DNA from: a virus
Taxonomy: Duplodnaviria; Caudoviricetes
Reading direction: 5' to 3' (one strand)
DNA: 64,000 nt
IMG/VR virus record: IMGVR_UViG_3300027419_000029
Coordinates: 6,330-70,329 of that record
Shown here: in pieces, positions 27,675 to 37,911 of the stretch
Numbering within the stretch: the stretch's first letter is position 1
How the letters are laid out: every line of letters begins with the position of its first letter
Made by a program: the position numbers and the translations under genes
The notes under the pieces: generated by a model
What the model saw: only the letters and a program-made list of their open reading frames with translations
The model's database searches: none
What the model was told of the DNA's origin: nothing

Positions 27675-28052
27675 GGAGGACAAGCCAATTTATCAAGCAC
27701 TTGCAATTTTCAAGGAAGAAGATCTTCGGTTTCTAGGGTTCGAATCCCTGCTTCCCGTTCCACTATCAGACAAAGCAATTAATCTGCTTTTGATAGAAGT
27801 AATCTGGAAGAGCGATTACGGCTAGTGGGACAAGCTTACTACAAGCAAAGTGGCATCAGGGCCATAAAAACCTTTAATTTAATCGTGTTGAGTAAAGGGG
27901 AGAGAATTTCAGTCAATACACTCCCAAAGTAAATGTAGTTCTCTTAATGCAGGGTTCAACTCCCTGCTGCTCAGTTAACAGAGTGGGCTAAACCACCCCA
28001 GTTTAAAATAAAACTATCACCCCCCAAAGTGTTTATTAAAGCCCATTCTGTT
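27675..28052 (+). ncRNA. Candidate structured ncRNA region with two tRNA-like T-arm modules
   Basis: TAGGG-TTCGAAT-CCCTG (27734-27750), GCAGGG-TTCAACT-CCCTGC (27949-27967), several hairpins, 13-bp closing stem 27977-27989/28040-28052; no ORF of 60 aa or more in the track. Confidence 0.5.
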
Positions 28053-28344
28053 TTTACTATTAATCAGATTTAAGGAGGTTTACAGATGCCAACGATAGGA
28101 ATTGATTTTTTAGGTTTTAAAAGAAGCAAATACAAAGCTAAGAGAAAACGTTATCAGATGTCTAAAGAAGAACTTCTTGAGAGTTTAAAGGCAAAAGTAA
28201 GGGGAGGTGCAATTGATGAAACAAAAGAAGTCTAAGAGTAGAAAGAGTGCACTTAAAAACACTCATTTTAACAGAAGCGATATGAAGTCTTGGATTAAGA
28301 AAGAAGTTGGAAAGGCTGATGGTAAGGAGGTTATCAATTAAACG

Positions 28345-28935
28345 ATGAGTAAAAAAGAAATAGTAAACATTGGTAATCAAGATGCTGACACGAAATTTTT
28401 TAAAGCATTAAATTCGGTGGTTGCGAAAGAATTGAGAGAGAATTCATATTCTGAAATTGTAATAATTTGCATTGGTACTGATAGAGCTACAGGTGACAGC
28501 TTAGGACCATTGGTTGGTCACTATATATCAAAGCTAATTGATGGACAAGCAAGGGTATATGGCACATTGGATAGCCCAGTACATGCCAAGAACCTTGATC
28601 AAATCCTTGAGTATATCAGATGTACTCATGCGAACCCATTGATAGTTGCTATTGATGCATCTCTAGGTAAGACAAGTCATATTGGCAATATAAATATAAT
28701 CAAGGGTTCCATAGAGCCAGGTTCTGGTGTAGGTAAAACACTTCAAAGTGTAGGAACCATAAGCATAACTGGTGTGGTTAATTTTTCGGGATATATGGAT
28801 ATGCTTATTCTTCAGAACACAAGACTTAGCACAGTAATGAAGATGGCTGAAATTATTTCCGATGGGATATTGAAATTATTAAGTTACAAAGTAAATGGAC
28901 AAGTTGAATTTGCAATATGCAAGGAGGCTAATTAG
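28345..28935 (+). CDS. yyaC: Spore protease YyaC-family protein
   Basis: IVIICIGTDRATGDSLGPLVG, VYGTLDSPVHAKNL, IVAIDASLG, LQNTRLSTVMKMA. Confidence 0.9.
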   Translation: MSKKEIVNIGNQDADTKFFKALNSVVAKELRENSYSEIVIICIGTDRATGDSLGPLVGHYISKLIDGQARVYGTLDSPVHAKNLDQILEYIRCTHANPLIVAIDASLGKTSHIGNINIIKGSIEPGSGVGKTLQSVGTISITGVVNFSGYMDMLILQNTRLSTVMKMAEIISDGILKLLSYKVNGQVEFAICKEAN

Positions 28936-29136
28936 ATGAAGGGTTACGACAAGATTAGAGAAGAGCGTCCTATGATTTTCAAAGGTATGAATGATGAAGA
29001 AGTTGTTACTGAGCTTTTTGAACGACAACCTTGCCCTGATTCATTTGGATTAGAAGTATATTGTGGGAAAGGTGGTTGCGAAGAATGCACAAAAAAATCC
29101 CTAGAAGCTGACTACCCCATGAAAGAAGGTGAATAG
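28936..29136 (+). CDS. Small Cys-rich hypothetical protein
   Basis: 66 aa, CPDSFG...CGKGGCEEC. Confidence 0.5.
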   Translation: MKGYDKIREERPMIFKGMNDEEVVTELFERQPCPDSFGLEVYCGKGGCEECTKKSLEADYPMKEGE

Positions 29137-29328
29137 ATCAGTGTATGCGAAATGTATGGATTGTAAAAAATGGTGGAACATAAGCGTTTACACAGTAATG
29201 AGCATACTTGGTTACAGATGCCCTAAATGTGCTTATAAAAGAAAAAAGGCCCTAAAAAGGACCAATGAAAAATGTCAAAGTTAGTATAACATAATAAATA
29301 TTAATTGTCCATGTTTGGAGGTAAATAA

Positions 29329-30021
29329 ATGCCTTATGTAGATGCAGATAAATTATTTGAACGCTTGTCTAAAGCTGAAATAGAAGAAGATTACAAAAAA
29401 CATACAGAAATGACACCAATGATTGAAAATCATAAACAGCTCAAACCATTAAATGAATTGAAGGAGGACAATAACGTGAAGGGAAAACCTAGAGATTATA
29501 ACAAGGTAGTTGAAACTTTAATAAATAGTAACATAAACTTCTCTAAAAAAACTATTTTTGATGAGTTAGAGATTGCTGAACTAATGAGAACAGAATCTAA
29601 TTTTATGTACTACATGAAGAATATTAGAGCTGTAGCAAAGGAAAAGGGATTTGCGATTAAAACCCACAGTAGGGGTGAGTACATATTAGTACCATTAAAA
29701 GGTGAAAACACATTAGTACCCCTAAAAGTTGAAAACGCAAAATCAATTGTATTCACGAACAACACGATAAATAATGATTTTGAATCACATAAAACCGTGA
29801 AAGAAGAGCAGCAATATGAAGTAAAAGAGATTGTGAACGATCTAGGCAAGGTTGATGAAGTTAAATTGGGTGGTGATCCAAGTCCGAAAATTGACAGGCT
29901 AGAACTTAATGACATCCTAAAGCAAATTGAAGGTAGCCCAAAACTAATTGAAACTTTCAACTTGGTACTTGAACCACTAGGGTGGAAGGCAATAACAAGG
30001 TTAGATTTAATAAAAATATAA
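29329..30021 (+). CDS. Hypothetical protein
   Basis: 230 aa with RBS GGAGG. Confidence 0.55.
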   Translation: MPYVDADKLFERLSKAEIEEDYKKHTEMTPMIENHKQLKPLNELKEDNNVKGKPRDYNKVVETLINSNINFSKKTIFDELEIAELMRTESNFMYYMKNIRAVAKEKGFAIKTHSRGEYILVPLKGENTLVPLKVENAKSIVFTNNTINNDFESHKTVKEEQQYEVKEIVNDLGKVDEVKLGGDPSPKIDRLELNDILKQIEGSPKLIETFNLVLEPLGWKAITRLDLIKI

Positions 30022-30034
30022 TGGGGGAATTTAA

Positions 30035-30400
30035 ATGACGACACTAACCGTTGAAGAATTTTTCAGAGTAAATGAACATTATGAAGAAAGAAGATTAATG
30101 CAAAATAATAAGCAACTCAAACCACTTAAGTTACTTAATGACAATGGAGCCAAGAATAAGGTTGGTGGGAAATCTGCTTCATTGGCAGAAATGTATTTTG
30201 ATGAATTTTCAAAAATGGGATGGTTTTCAGTGGCAGAAGTTAGCAAAAAGATAGGTTTAGAACCTAAGCATATTCCTAGATTTTCTAAAAACTTAACGCT
30301 TATAGCATTAAGCAAAGGCTATAAAGTTGATAGAAGGACGGTATACAAGTATGGCAAAAAAAGAAAGTCTGCAATCGAACTTAAATTTGAGAAAGCTTAA
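30035..30400 (+). CDS. Hypothetical protein, partly paralogous to 29329-30021
   Basis: Shared KQLKPL motif and HTH-like segment. Confidence 0.5.
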   Translation: MTTLTVEEFFRVNEHYEERRLMQNNKQLKPLKLLNDNGAKNKVGGKSASLAEMYFDEFSKMGWFSVAEVSKKIGLEPKHIPRFSKNLTLIALSKGYKVDRRTVYKYGKKRKSAIELKFEKA

Positions 30401-30962
30401 CAGAATTTTATCCACCGTTCTGATAATAGTAATCATTGCAATTTTTATAGCAGGAGGATTAATCAATGGAATTATCCAAGGAAGAATTAACAAAGCAATT
30501 CAAGATAATATTAAACGGCAAGAACAAACAGTTACGGCACTTTACGAGAAAGCCTTCAGTCCGAAAATTCGTGAATATGTTTTTAAGCCAAGTCATACTT
30601 ATTTTTGCAGCTGCTTCACTTGTATTTCTAGTAGCAGTGGTATTCATGGTTATCTAGGCGAATTTACGATTACCGCTTATACTGCAGGTGCAGAAAGTAC
30701 TGGTAAGAAACCTGGTGATCGTGCTTACGGGATTACCAAAAGCGGTGAGCCAGTGACAGAAGAAATAACCATAGCATCTGATTGGAACGTTATTCCACCA
30801 GGAACTTGGGTGTACATAGAAGACGTTGGATATCGTCAGGCACAGGATATAGGCTCAGATATAAAGGGTAATCGCATTGATTTATACATACCAGAACTGG
30901 TACAAGCAGATGAATGGGGTGTACAGCAGAAGCACGTTTGGATAGTTGAGAACGTGGATTAA
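30327..30962 (+). CDS. Membrane-anchored 3D-domain (cell-wall binding) protein
   Basis: TM helix; ITAYT...IASDWNVIPPGT...QDIGSDIKGNRIDLYI; start uncertain. Confidence 0.85.
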   Translation: MIEGRYTSMAKKESLQSNLNLRKLNRILSTVLIIVIIAIFIAGGLINGIIQGRINKAIQDNIKRQEQTVTALYEKAFSPKIREYVFKPSHTYFCSCFTCISSSSGIHGYLGEFTITAYTAGAESTGKKPGDRAYGITKSGEPVTEEITIASDWNVIPPGTWVYIEDVGYRQAQDIGSDIKGNRIDLYIPELVQADEWGVQQKHVWIVENVD

Positions 30963-31014
30963 TGAGTAAAAGATCATTTGATTATATTGATAATTTGAAA
31001 AAACAATAAGCATT

Positions 31015-31545
31015 GTGCATTGCACAGAAGGAGAATTTATGAAAAAAACGCTTACAATATTACTTATTCTATTTACAATTTCAACATTATGGTGGGCTAG
31101 TGCAAGAATCATTAAAGGGTATGAATTCAGTATTAATTGTACAGGCCATTTGAAAAGAGCAGCAGATGCAAACACGGTAGAATTAGCATCAAAAGAGTTA
31201 GATACAGCAATTAAATATCTAGAAAGCAAAGAACTAACAGCTGGAACGGTTTCAATATTTCTAAAACAACCTAAAAATGACATTGGATTTTGGTATGAAA
31301 ATTTAGTTGCATCAAGACAGGAATTAATTAATTTAAAGCCCGATTCAGGACAATTAGAAAAGACAAATGTTTTGATGAAATTAAGAGAAACATTAGTTGA
31401 TTCAGGTGAAGATACATCAGTTACATATCCAAATGGTATCAGTATATATCCATATAATCGCATGTTTTGTTTGTGGGGAATAATTAGCTTGCTAGGATTT
31501 TGCATAATGGGACTATGGACAGCTTATGAAATAGACCAATGGTAG
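31015..31545 (+). CDS. Two-TM membrane protein
   Basis: N- and C-terminal hydrophobic helices. Confidence 0.55.
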   Translation: MHCTEGEFMKKTLTILLILFTISTLWWASARIIKGYEFSINCTGHLKRAADANTVELASKELDTAIKYLESKELTAGTVSIFLKQPKNDIGFWYENLVASRQELINLKPDSGQLEKTNVLMKLRETLVDSGEDTSVTYPNGISIYPYNRMFCLWGIISLLGFCIMGLWTAYEIDQW

Positions 31546-31587
31546 TTTGGCGACATTGAAAACTATTCCGTATTAAGGGGGTAAAAA

Positions 31588-31779
31588 ATGACTATAGAGC
31601 AAGCCCACAAAGAAGAAATGGTTCATTACATCGAGCAATCAATAGAGAGGTTAGAATTGGCTATGAATGTAGTTGAGTGTGATGATAGCTTCAATAATGG
31701 TCAGTCAGAAATGTTAAACGAGATATACGACAAACTTAGTGCAGTAACAAAATTATTGGATAGTATTAAGAAAGAATAG
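31588..31779 (+). CDS. Hypothetical protein
   Basis: 63 aa with RBS. Confidence 0.45.
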   Translation: MTIEQAHKEEMVHYIEQSIERLELAMNVVECDDSFNNGQSEMLNEIYDKLSAVTKLLDSIKKE

Positions 31780-31826
31780 TACGATTTTTAGAAGAACAAA
31801 AAACAAAAGCGAAGGAGTGATTTTAA

Positions 31827-32078
31827 GTGTTTAAGCAAAAACAATATCTAGCAACAAGTAAGATTAGATATGCCTTTATGAAATATAATTCACTTGTGAA
31901 ATTGGCAGAAATGTATGTTAAGCATGACAAACACGATAGGGCAAAGCAAACAATGGAAGAAGCCATGCAAAAAGAAATAAAAGCATGGGAGTTGGTACAT
32001 GAAATATATCCAAAACTAAAAGGTAAAAAATTAACTTTTAGTCATTACGATAAAAAAATCACGGTTGATGAACAATAG
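31827..32078 (+). CDS. Hypothetical protein
   Basis: 83 aa with RBS. Confidence 0.45.
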   Translation: MFKQKQYLATSKIRYAFMKYNSLVKLAEMYVKHDKHDRAKQTMEEAMQKEIKAWELVHEIYPKLKGKKLTFSHYDKKITVDEQ

Positions 32079-32249
32079 TCCAATTTTCCGAACAAGAAAA
32101 ATGAAAGGAGAGAAATATTTTATGTGGGAAGTAATTAGATTTTTTTCGGGGTTTCTATGCGGCGGTGTAATTGCAGGTATGTTCTTAGGCATTAGGATCA
32201 TGAATCTTGAAGATAAGCTAAATGCTTATGAAGAAGGTGAGTTGTAGTT

Positions 32250-32457
32250 ATGAAAGTAAGGGAAACGTTCACAATGACTTACAATGACTTACTTTCAAGA
32301 GGTTGAGGTAAGTAAAAAGGATTACAGAGAAGCAATGGAAGACCGTGAGAATAGACTTGCAAAAGTTAAGAAGGCGCTTGAGAGAGAAAATGGATGCACG
32401 ATCACATCGTTTGAAGTAGTGAATTCGATTATACCTAAGGAGGAGATAAAATCATGA
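32250..32457 (+). pseudogene. Small ORF broken by a 10-bp tandem duplication
   Basis: ACAATGACTT x2 at 32271-32290; removing one copy gives a 65-aa ORF MKVRETFTMTYFQEVEV... Confidence 0.5.
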
Positions 32458-32672
32458 AAGTTGGAACGAAAGTTAAAATGGTAAATTGTATTGAGGCAGA
32501 AGAGAATGTAGGTAAAGTTTGGGTTACTCGTTCAGAACCTTGGGCAGTTTGCGGAAGCATGGTTGTTCTTTTAGAAGGCAAAAGAGGAGGATTTGATATA
32601 TCTTGCTTGCAAGTTGTTAAGGAAAGTGAGGCTGATGTGAATGAAGCTATGGTCCTCAAAGAACAGCGATGA
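32454..32672 (+). CDS. Small SH3-like phage protein
   Basis: 72 aa; KVGTKVKM...VVLLEGKRGGFDISCL. Confidence 0.5.
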   Translation: MKVGTKVKMVNCIEAEENVGKVWVTRSEPWAVCGSMVVLLEGKRGGFDISCLQVVKESEADVNEAMVLKEQR

Positions 32673-33099
32673 TAAAAGCAATGGAATGTTTATTTGTTGC
32701 AAAATCGGTAGGCAAACTTTAAGAAGTTATTGGACATCACCACCTACTAAGCTAATTGCAGATTATCAATACCTTAAAGGTAGATATGGTTTCATAAACA
32801 CCAAACAAAGAGCACAGAGATTTATAGAACTTTACAATGTGATGTTCTGGGAAATCACAGATTTTCAAATGAAAAAGATGAAACATGCAATTGGGTTAGA
32901 TCATAGCAATAAACCTTATAGAAATAGATACTTTACAAATAAAAATGATAAAGATTGGAATTATTTAGTTGAAATAGGTGCAGCAGTTAAAGGTAAGAAT
33001 GTTCAAGAAGATGGAAGTGTTTCTTTCAGGCTAACAAAACAAGGTGTTGAGTTTGCATTAGGTAAGAGAATAAGAAGTAAAGCCTATGAAGACCTGTAG
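32641..33099 (+). CDS. Hypothetical phage protein
   Basis: 152 aa; KMKHAIGLD...YRNRY. Confidence 0.45.
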   Translation: MKLWSSKNSDDKSNGMFICCKIGRQTLRSYWTSPPTKLIADYQYLKGRYGFINTKQRAQRFIELYNVMFWEITDFQMKKMKHAIGLDHSNKPYRNRYFTNKNDKDWNYLVEIGAAVKGKNVQEDGSVSFRLTKQGVEFALGKRIRSKAYEDL

Positions 33100-33235
33100 C
33101 AATTGCTCATGGTGGACACCTAAGGAAAGGTATTGCAGATTGTTTTGTGTAAATACAAATAGCAATTATAAGAGTGCAGGATACATATATGATGAACAAG
33201 TTGAAAAAAAATGGGAAGAAATAAGGAGGCATGTT

Positions 33236-35407
33236 ATGGATATTAGATTGAATTGGTTAAAAGCAAAGCATTTCAAGGGAATAAAAGACTTTAAGCTTCC
33301 ATTGAATGGGAAAAATGCTAGTGTGTATGGAGACAATGGAACTGGTAAAACTACACAATTTGATGAATTTTTATGGTTGCTTTTCGGTAAAAACAGTGAT
33401 GATAAAACAACCTTCAAAATAAAACCTCAGGATAAAGATGGCAATGACATACATATGCTTCAGACAGAAGTAGAAGCTGAATTAACAATTGATGGTAAAC
33501 CATTGAAATTAAAAAAGATGTCAGAAGAGAAATGGACTCGCAAGAGAGGGTCTGAAGCTTCTGAACTTACAGGTAATACCATTTCATATTGGGTTGATGA
33601 AGTACCCGTAAAAGAAGCTGAATATAAAGTAAAAATTGGGCAAATCGTTGATGAAACTGTGTTCAGAATGATTACTAACCCATTTTTCTTCAATACTAAG
33701 CTTAAATGGGAAGATAGACGCAAAATTATCATCGAGATTTGTGGTGATGTTACAGAAGACGAAGTATTAAACTCAAATTCCAAATTATCTAAATTAAAGG
33801 TAGATCTTTCGGGCAAGTCAATTGATGATTTCAAGAAGATTATTTCTGAAAGACTTAAAGCATTTAAAAAGGACAAGTCTGATATACCACCTAGGATTGA
33901 TGAACTTATGCTGTCAATTCCACTTGATCAACCAGATTATTCAGATGTTGAGAAATCCTCGGAAGAATACCAACGCATTATGGAAGGCATAGAACTTGAA
34001 ATGACTGATGCTGCTAATATTGCGACTGGATTCAGGAAGAAACAACAAGAACTTTATGGACTCAAGGGTAAGCTTGAACAAGTTAAGGCTAGAATTGATT
34101 CTGATGCTAACAAAGGTAAAAAAGATGCTTATACAGAGCAATTAAAAGTAGAAGCTGAAATTCAAAAGGTTGAAGCAGATATTCAAGGTTTTAAGAATCG
34201 AATTGATCAATGTAATGAAGTCATTATTAAAAATGGCGCTGAACGAACTAGGCTACTTAATGAATGGAAGGAGTTGAGTGGCAAGAAAAAAGAGATTACA
34301 GCAACATCATTTGTTGAACCACCAGAAGACGCTTTCATTTGCCCTACATGTAAGCAGGCCTTGCCAACAGATGATAAAGATACCAAGTTACTTGAAATGT
34401 TTACGAACTTTGAAACTGAAAAGAAGAAATCTATTGATAAAATTGATTTCTTAATCATAAAAAATAACCAAGAGGGATTATCAGTTAAAAAAAGTACTGA
34501 ACAGGCTCAAGCTACGATTGATGAATTAATTTTAAAAGTAGAAGCATCTGAAACTCAATTAAAACAGCTTGAACAAGAACTGAAAACCATTGGTAAGGAG
34601 ATCTCAAAACCAACAGTTGAAATTATTTATTCTGAAGATGTCGAATACGACACAATAGATAAACAAATAAATACACTTCAAGCTGATTTGGACAAGCCTA
34701 TTGAAGATACTACGGCCTTATTACTTGAAAATAAGCGAGATATTCAATCGAAAATAGATGCTTGCAATAAGATATTAAACAGCAAAGATGACAGGGCAAA
34801 AATCTTGAAGCGTGTTGAAGATCTGAAAGATGAAGAAAAGAAAATATCTGCCCAAATTAGTGAGTTAGAAGGTCAAGAGTACCTTATGGGTCAGTTTGAA
34901 ATTGCCAAGGTAAATTTGATTGAAGGAAGCATTAACAGCAGATTTAAGTATGTAAACTTCAAACTGTTCGATCAACAGATAAATGGTGGGATTAATCCTT
35001 GCTGTGAAGCTTTAATCAATACAAATGGTTCATTCGTGCCATTTAGCGAAGCAAATCATGCAGGCAAGATGAATGCTGGGTTAGACATAATCAATACGCT
35101 TTGTGCCTATTATGGCGTTACAGCTCCAATCTTTATTGACAATCGAGAGTCAGTAAGTAAGTTAATCGAAAGTCCTAGCCAAATCATTAATCTTATCAAG
35201 GCTGCATCATGGGATGAATTGGATAAAGAAGTTCAATTTAAACTTTCTGGGATTGAAGCAGATAAAGAATTCAGTGAGTTAATAGAAGCTATTAAAAGTG
35301 GTAAAAAAATTAATGAATTGCCAATAAATTCTGTTAAAGCTTTGGAAAAGGCTAAGAAAGATTGGAACGATAGGAATAGCGTTTTACGTGTGGAGGTTGA
35401 AGCATGA
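33236..35407 (+). CDS. SMC/Rad50-like AAA ATPase with long coiled coil
   Basis: Walker A GDNGTGKTT, Zn-hook CPTC, PIFIDNRE; RBS AAGGAGG before ATG 33236. Confidence 0.85.
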   Translation: MDIRLNWLKAKHFKGIKDFKLPLNGKNASVYGDNGTGKTTQFDEFLWLLFGKNSDDKTTFKIKPQDKDGNDIHMLQTEVEAELTIDGKPLKLKKMSEEKWTRKRGSEASELTGNTISYWVDEVPVKEAEYKVKIGQIVDETVFRMITNPFFFNTKLKWEDRRKIIIEICGDVTEDEVLNSNSKLSKLKVDLSGKSIDDFKKIISERLKAFKKDKSDIPPRIDELMLSIPLDQPDYSDVEKSSEEYQRIMEGIELEMTDAANIATGFRKKQQELYGLKGKLEQVKARIDSDANKGKKDAYTEQLKVEAEIQKVEADIQGFKNRIDQCNEVIIKNGAERTRLLNEWKELSGKKKEITATSFVEPPEDAFICPTCKQALPTDDKDTKLLEMFTNFETEKKKSIDKIDFLIIKNNQEGLSVKKSTEQAQATIDELILKVEASETQLKQLEQELKTIGKEISKPTVEIIYSEDVEYDTIDKQINTLQADLDKPIEDTTALLLENKRDIQSKIDACNKILNSKDDRAKILKRVEDLKDEEKKISAQISELEGQEYLMGQFEIAKVNLIEGSINSRFKYVNFKLFDQQINGGINPCCEALINTNGSFVPFSEANHAGKMNAGLDIINTLCAYYGVTAPIFIDNRESVSKLIESPSQIINLIKAASWDELDKEVQFKLSGIEADKEFSELIEAIKSGKKINELPINSVKALEKAKKDWNDRNSVLRVEVEA

Positions 35408-35658
35408 ATATTATAAATGTAAAAGTATGTTACATTACACCAACTGATAAGTATCACTTACAAGATAAAAAAGCAATGTTAATATGTGATTCTCTAGCGG
35501 TTGGTTCTGCAATGATGATGGAATTTGAAGAAGGTGGGAGCTTAAGAACTTCAAAAATTGAGTCAATTTATGAGGATGAGGCTACCATTGAAGTAAAGAC
35601 TAAAAACAGCATTTACAAGTTAAATATTATTAAGGAGGAAACAAAAGATGGCAGATAA
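35404..35658 (+). CDS. Hypothetical protein
   Basis: 84 aa, coupled to neighbours. Confidence 0.45.
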   Translation: MNIINVKVCYITPTDKYHLQDKKAMLICDSLAVGSAMMMEFEEGGSLRTSKIESIYEDEATIEVKTKNSIYKLNIIKEETKDGR

Positions 35659-36412
35659 GCAAAATCAATTATCAACAATTGAAACAAAGGAAATGTTATA
35701 CGAGGTAAACGGTGAGGAAATCAAATTAACAGGTTCAATAGTTAAGAAGTTCCTTGCTAGAGGTAACAAAGAAATGACCGACGCTGAAATTTTCATGTTT
35801 ATGAGTTTATGTAAATTTCAAAAGCTTAATCCATTCCTAAATGAAGCATATCCAATTAAGTTTGGTGATGAATGTCAACTTATTGTGGGTAAAGAAGCTT
35901 ATATGAAAAGAGCTGAATCAAGCAATCTACTTTCAGGACATGAAGCAGGAATCATTATTGATAGAGACGGAGAAATAATTGAAGTTGAAGGGTGTTTTTC
36001 TCTTCCAACAGATAAGCTTCTTGGTGGATGGGCTAAGGTTCATAGAAGTGATCGAGAATTTCCAACGGTTATGAAAGTTAGTTTTAAAGAGTACGACAAA
36101 GGTCAATCAATTTGGAAGTCAAAGCCTTCAACGATGATTAGAAAAGTAGCTTTAGTTCAAGCATTAAGAGAAGCTTTTCCTGAAAATCTTGCAAACATGT
36201 ATGTTGAGGATGAAATGCCTGAAATTGACAAGGAAAAGGTTGTTTCGAATACGATTAAGCAGAATGCAAATAAAGAAATCATTGACATTGAAGATGAAGA
36301 GACTGAAGTTGCCGAAGTGGTAGAAGTAGTTGAGGACAAGCCTAAAAGCAAGACGTCTCAACAAACAGTTGTACAACAGGAAATCATCGTAGAAGATGGT
36401 CCTGGTTATTAA
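35648..36412 (+). CDS. bet: Single-strand annealing recombinase (Bet/RecT family)
   Basis: FMSLCKFQKLNPFLNEAY...LGGWAKVHR...WKSKPSTMIRKVALVQALREAFP. Confidence 0.9.
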   Translation: MADKQNQLSTIETKEMLYEVNGEEIKLTGSIVKKFLARGNKEMTDAEIFMFMSLCKFQKLNPFLNEAYPIKFGDECQLIVGKEAYMKRAESSNLLSGHEAGIIIDRDGEIIEVEGCFSLPTDKLLGGWAKVHRSDREFPTVMKVSFKEYDKGQSIWKSKPSTMIRKVALVQALREAFPENLANMYVEDEMPEIDKEKVVSNTIKQNANKEIIDIEDEETEVAEVVEVVEDKPKSKTSQQTVVQQEIIVEDGPGY

Positions 36413-36414
36413 TC

Positions 36415-37164
36415 ATGAAACTCACGGTGTTAGGCTCATCGAGCAAAGGAAATTGTTATGTTCTATCTACACCAACAGGGAGCCTGCTCATTGAAGCAGG
36501 CATACCTATAGGTGATATCAAAAAAGGTCTTGATTTCGACTTATCAAAAGTACTGGCATGCTTAGTTACCCACGAACACAAAGACCATTCCAAAGCCGTA
36601 TTAGATGTAATGAAATCGGGTATAGATTGTTACCTTAGCAAAGGAACGATTGAAGCATTAAAGATTCCAAATGGGTCAAGGTACAGGGCAATTGAAGCAA
36701 CATTAGGCTTACAGATTAACTTCGGTGACTTTACGGTATTATCCTTTGAAACAGAACATGACAATCTTGATTCCAGAGGTTTCATAATCAAGTATAGGCC
36801 AACAGGCGAGAAGCTGTTATTCGCAACAGATACATATTATTTGAAAAATAGGTTCCAAGGACTTAACTACATCATGATTGAATCAAATTATATCCTTGAT
36901 ACCCTAAATGCGAATGTAGAAGCTGGATATGTAGATGAAGCAATGAAAAAGCGATTACTTGAAAGTCATATGAGTTTGGAACATTGCAAGGAATTTCTAA
37001 AGGCTAATGATTTAAGCCAATGCAGACGCATAATTTTGCTTCATTTATCAGACGGTAATTCAGATGCCAAGCGAATGGTGAAAGAGATTGAAGCCCTAAC
37101 AGGCATTGAAACTGTAATTGCTGATGCAGGGTTGGAATTGGATTTGAAAATGTACCCATATTGA
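36415..37164 (+). CDS. Metallo-beta-lactamase-fold nuclease
   Basis: THEHKDH motif, LGSSSKGN, LLHLSDGN. Confidence 0.9.
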   Translation: MKLTVLGSSSKGNCYVLSTPTGSLLIEAGIPIGDIKKGLDFDLSKVLACLVTHEHKDHSKAVLDVMKSGIDCYLSKGTIEALKIPNGSRYRAIEATLGLQINFGDFTVLSFETEHDNLDSRGFIIKYRPTGEKLLFATDTYYLKNRFQGLNYIMIESNYILDTLNANVEAGYVDEAMKKRLLESHMSLEHCKEFLKANDLSQCRRIILLHLSDGNSDAKRMVKEIEALTGIETVIADAGLELDLKMYPY

Positions 37165-37199
37165 AAACTATTGAGAGGTAAAGAAAAGGAGCTAAATAG

Positions 37200-37889
37200 A
37201 TGAGCGAATTAAGCACTAAAGAATTATTTGAGCAATTACAAGAAAAGTTGATTTTAAATTTATCAGAAAATGAAATACCATGTCCAAGCTGTAAAGGGTT
37301 GATGTTTGTCCTTGTTGAGAAAAACGGTAATAGCTATATTGAGCAATGCAGAAGGTGCCATACTGGAAAACTTTTTGTTTGTGAGCATTGCGGAGAAGGA
37401 ACTATGTCGGGACATTGTAAATGCAAAGAATCTGAGAAAAAAAGACGCTTAGAATGGGATGCTAAGCAAGAAATGAAAGAAAATGTGCTATTTGGAAAAG
37501 CTACAAAAATTCACTATAAAGATTATGATGGCTATTTCATACTTAGTGGAGAAGAAAACATTAAAGACATAACAGGTGTTTCAGAGTGGTTAGAAGAGAA
37601 GATTTTGGAAGGTGAAGAAGTACCAAACTATCTTTGGGCTACAGAGGCAACGCCTCATTTTGGAATTGACTTGCGTGATGTTATTAATGGCAAATGTGAA
37701 GATGGTTACGAGGATATGTATAGCTGTTTAGATACACAAAGTCCATTAATTACAAAAGCTCAAGAGTTAATTAACGAATGGGAGAAAGAACAAGGAAATA
37801 GCTTGTGCATTTTTACAGACGATTACAAGAGAGCCATTATGATTAGTGATTTGATTGATGAAATCAAAAAGGATATTAACGTTGAATAG
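37200..37889 (+). CDS. Zn-finger hypothetical protein
   Basis: CPSCKG, CRRCHTG, CEHCGEG. Confidence 0.55.
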   Translation: MSELSTKELFEQLQEKLILNLSENEIPCPSCKGLMFVLVEKNGNSYIEQCRRCHTGKLFVCEHCGEGTMSGHCKCKESEKKRRLEWDAKQEMKENVLFGKATKIHYKDYDGYFILSGEENIKDITGVSEWLEEKILEGEEVPNYLWATEATPHFGIDLRDVINGKCEDGYEDMYSCLDTQSPLITKAQELINEWEKEQGNSLCIFTDDYKRAIMISDLIDEIKKDINVE

Positions 37890-37911
37890 TACGAAAAGGG
37901 AGCGTGATTCC

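Noticed and set aside
33086-33235. Cys-rich N-terminal extension on the AAA ATPase
   Set aside because: A strong RBS before ATG 33236 indicates the real start; the in-frame upstream part may be a separate or coincidental ORF
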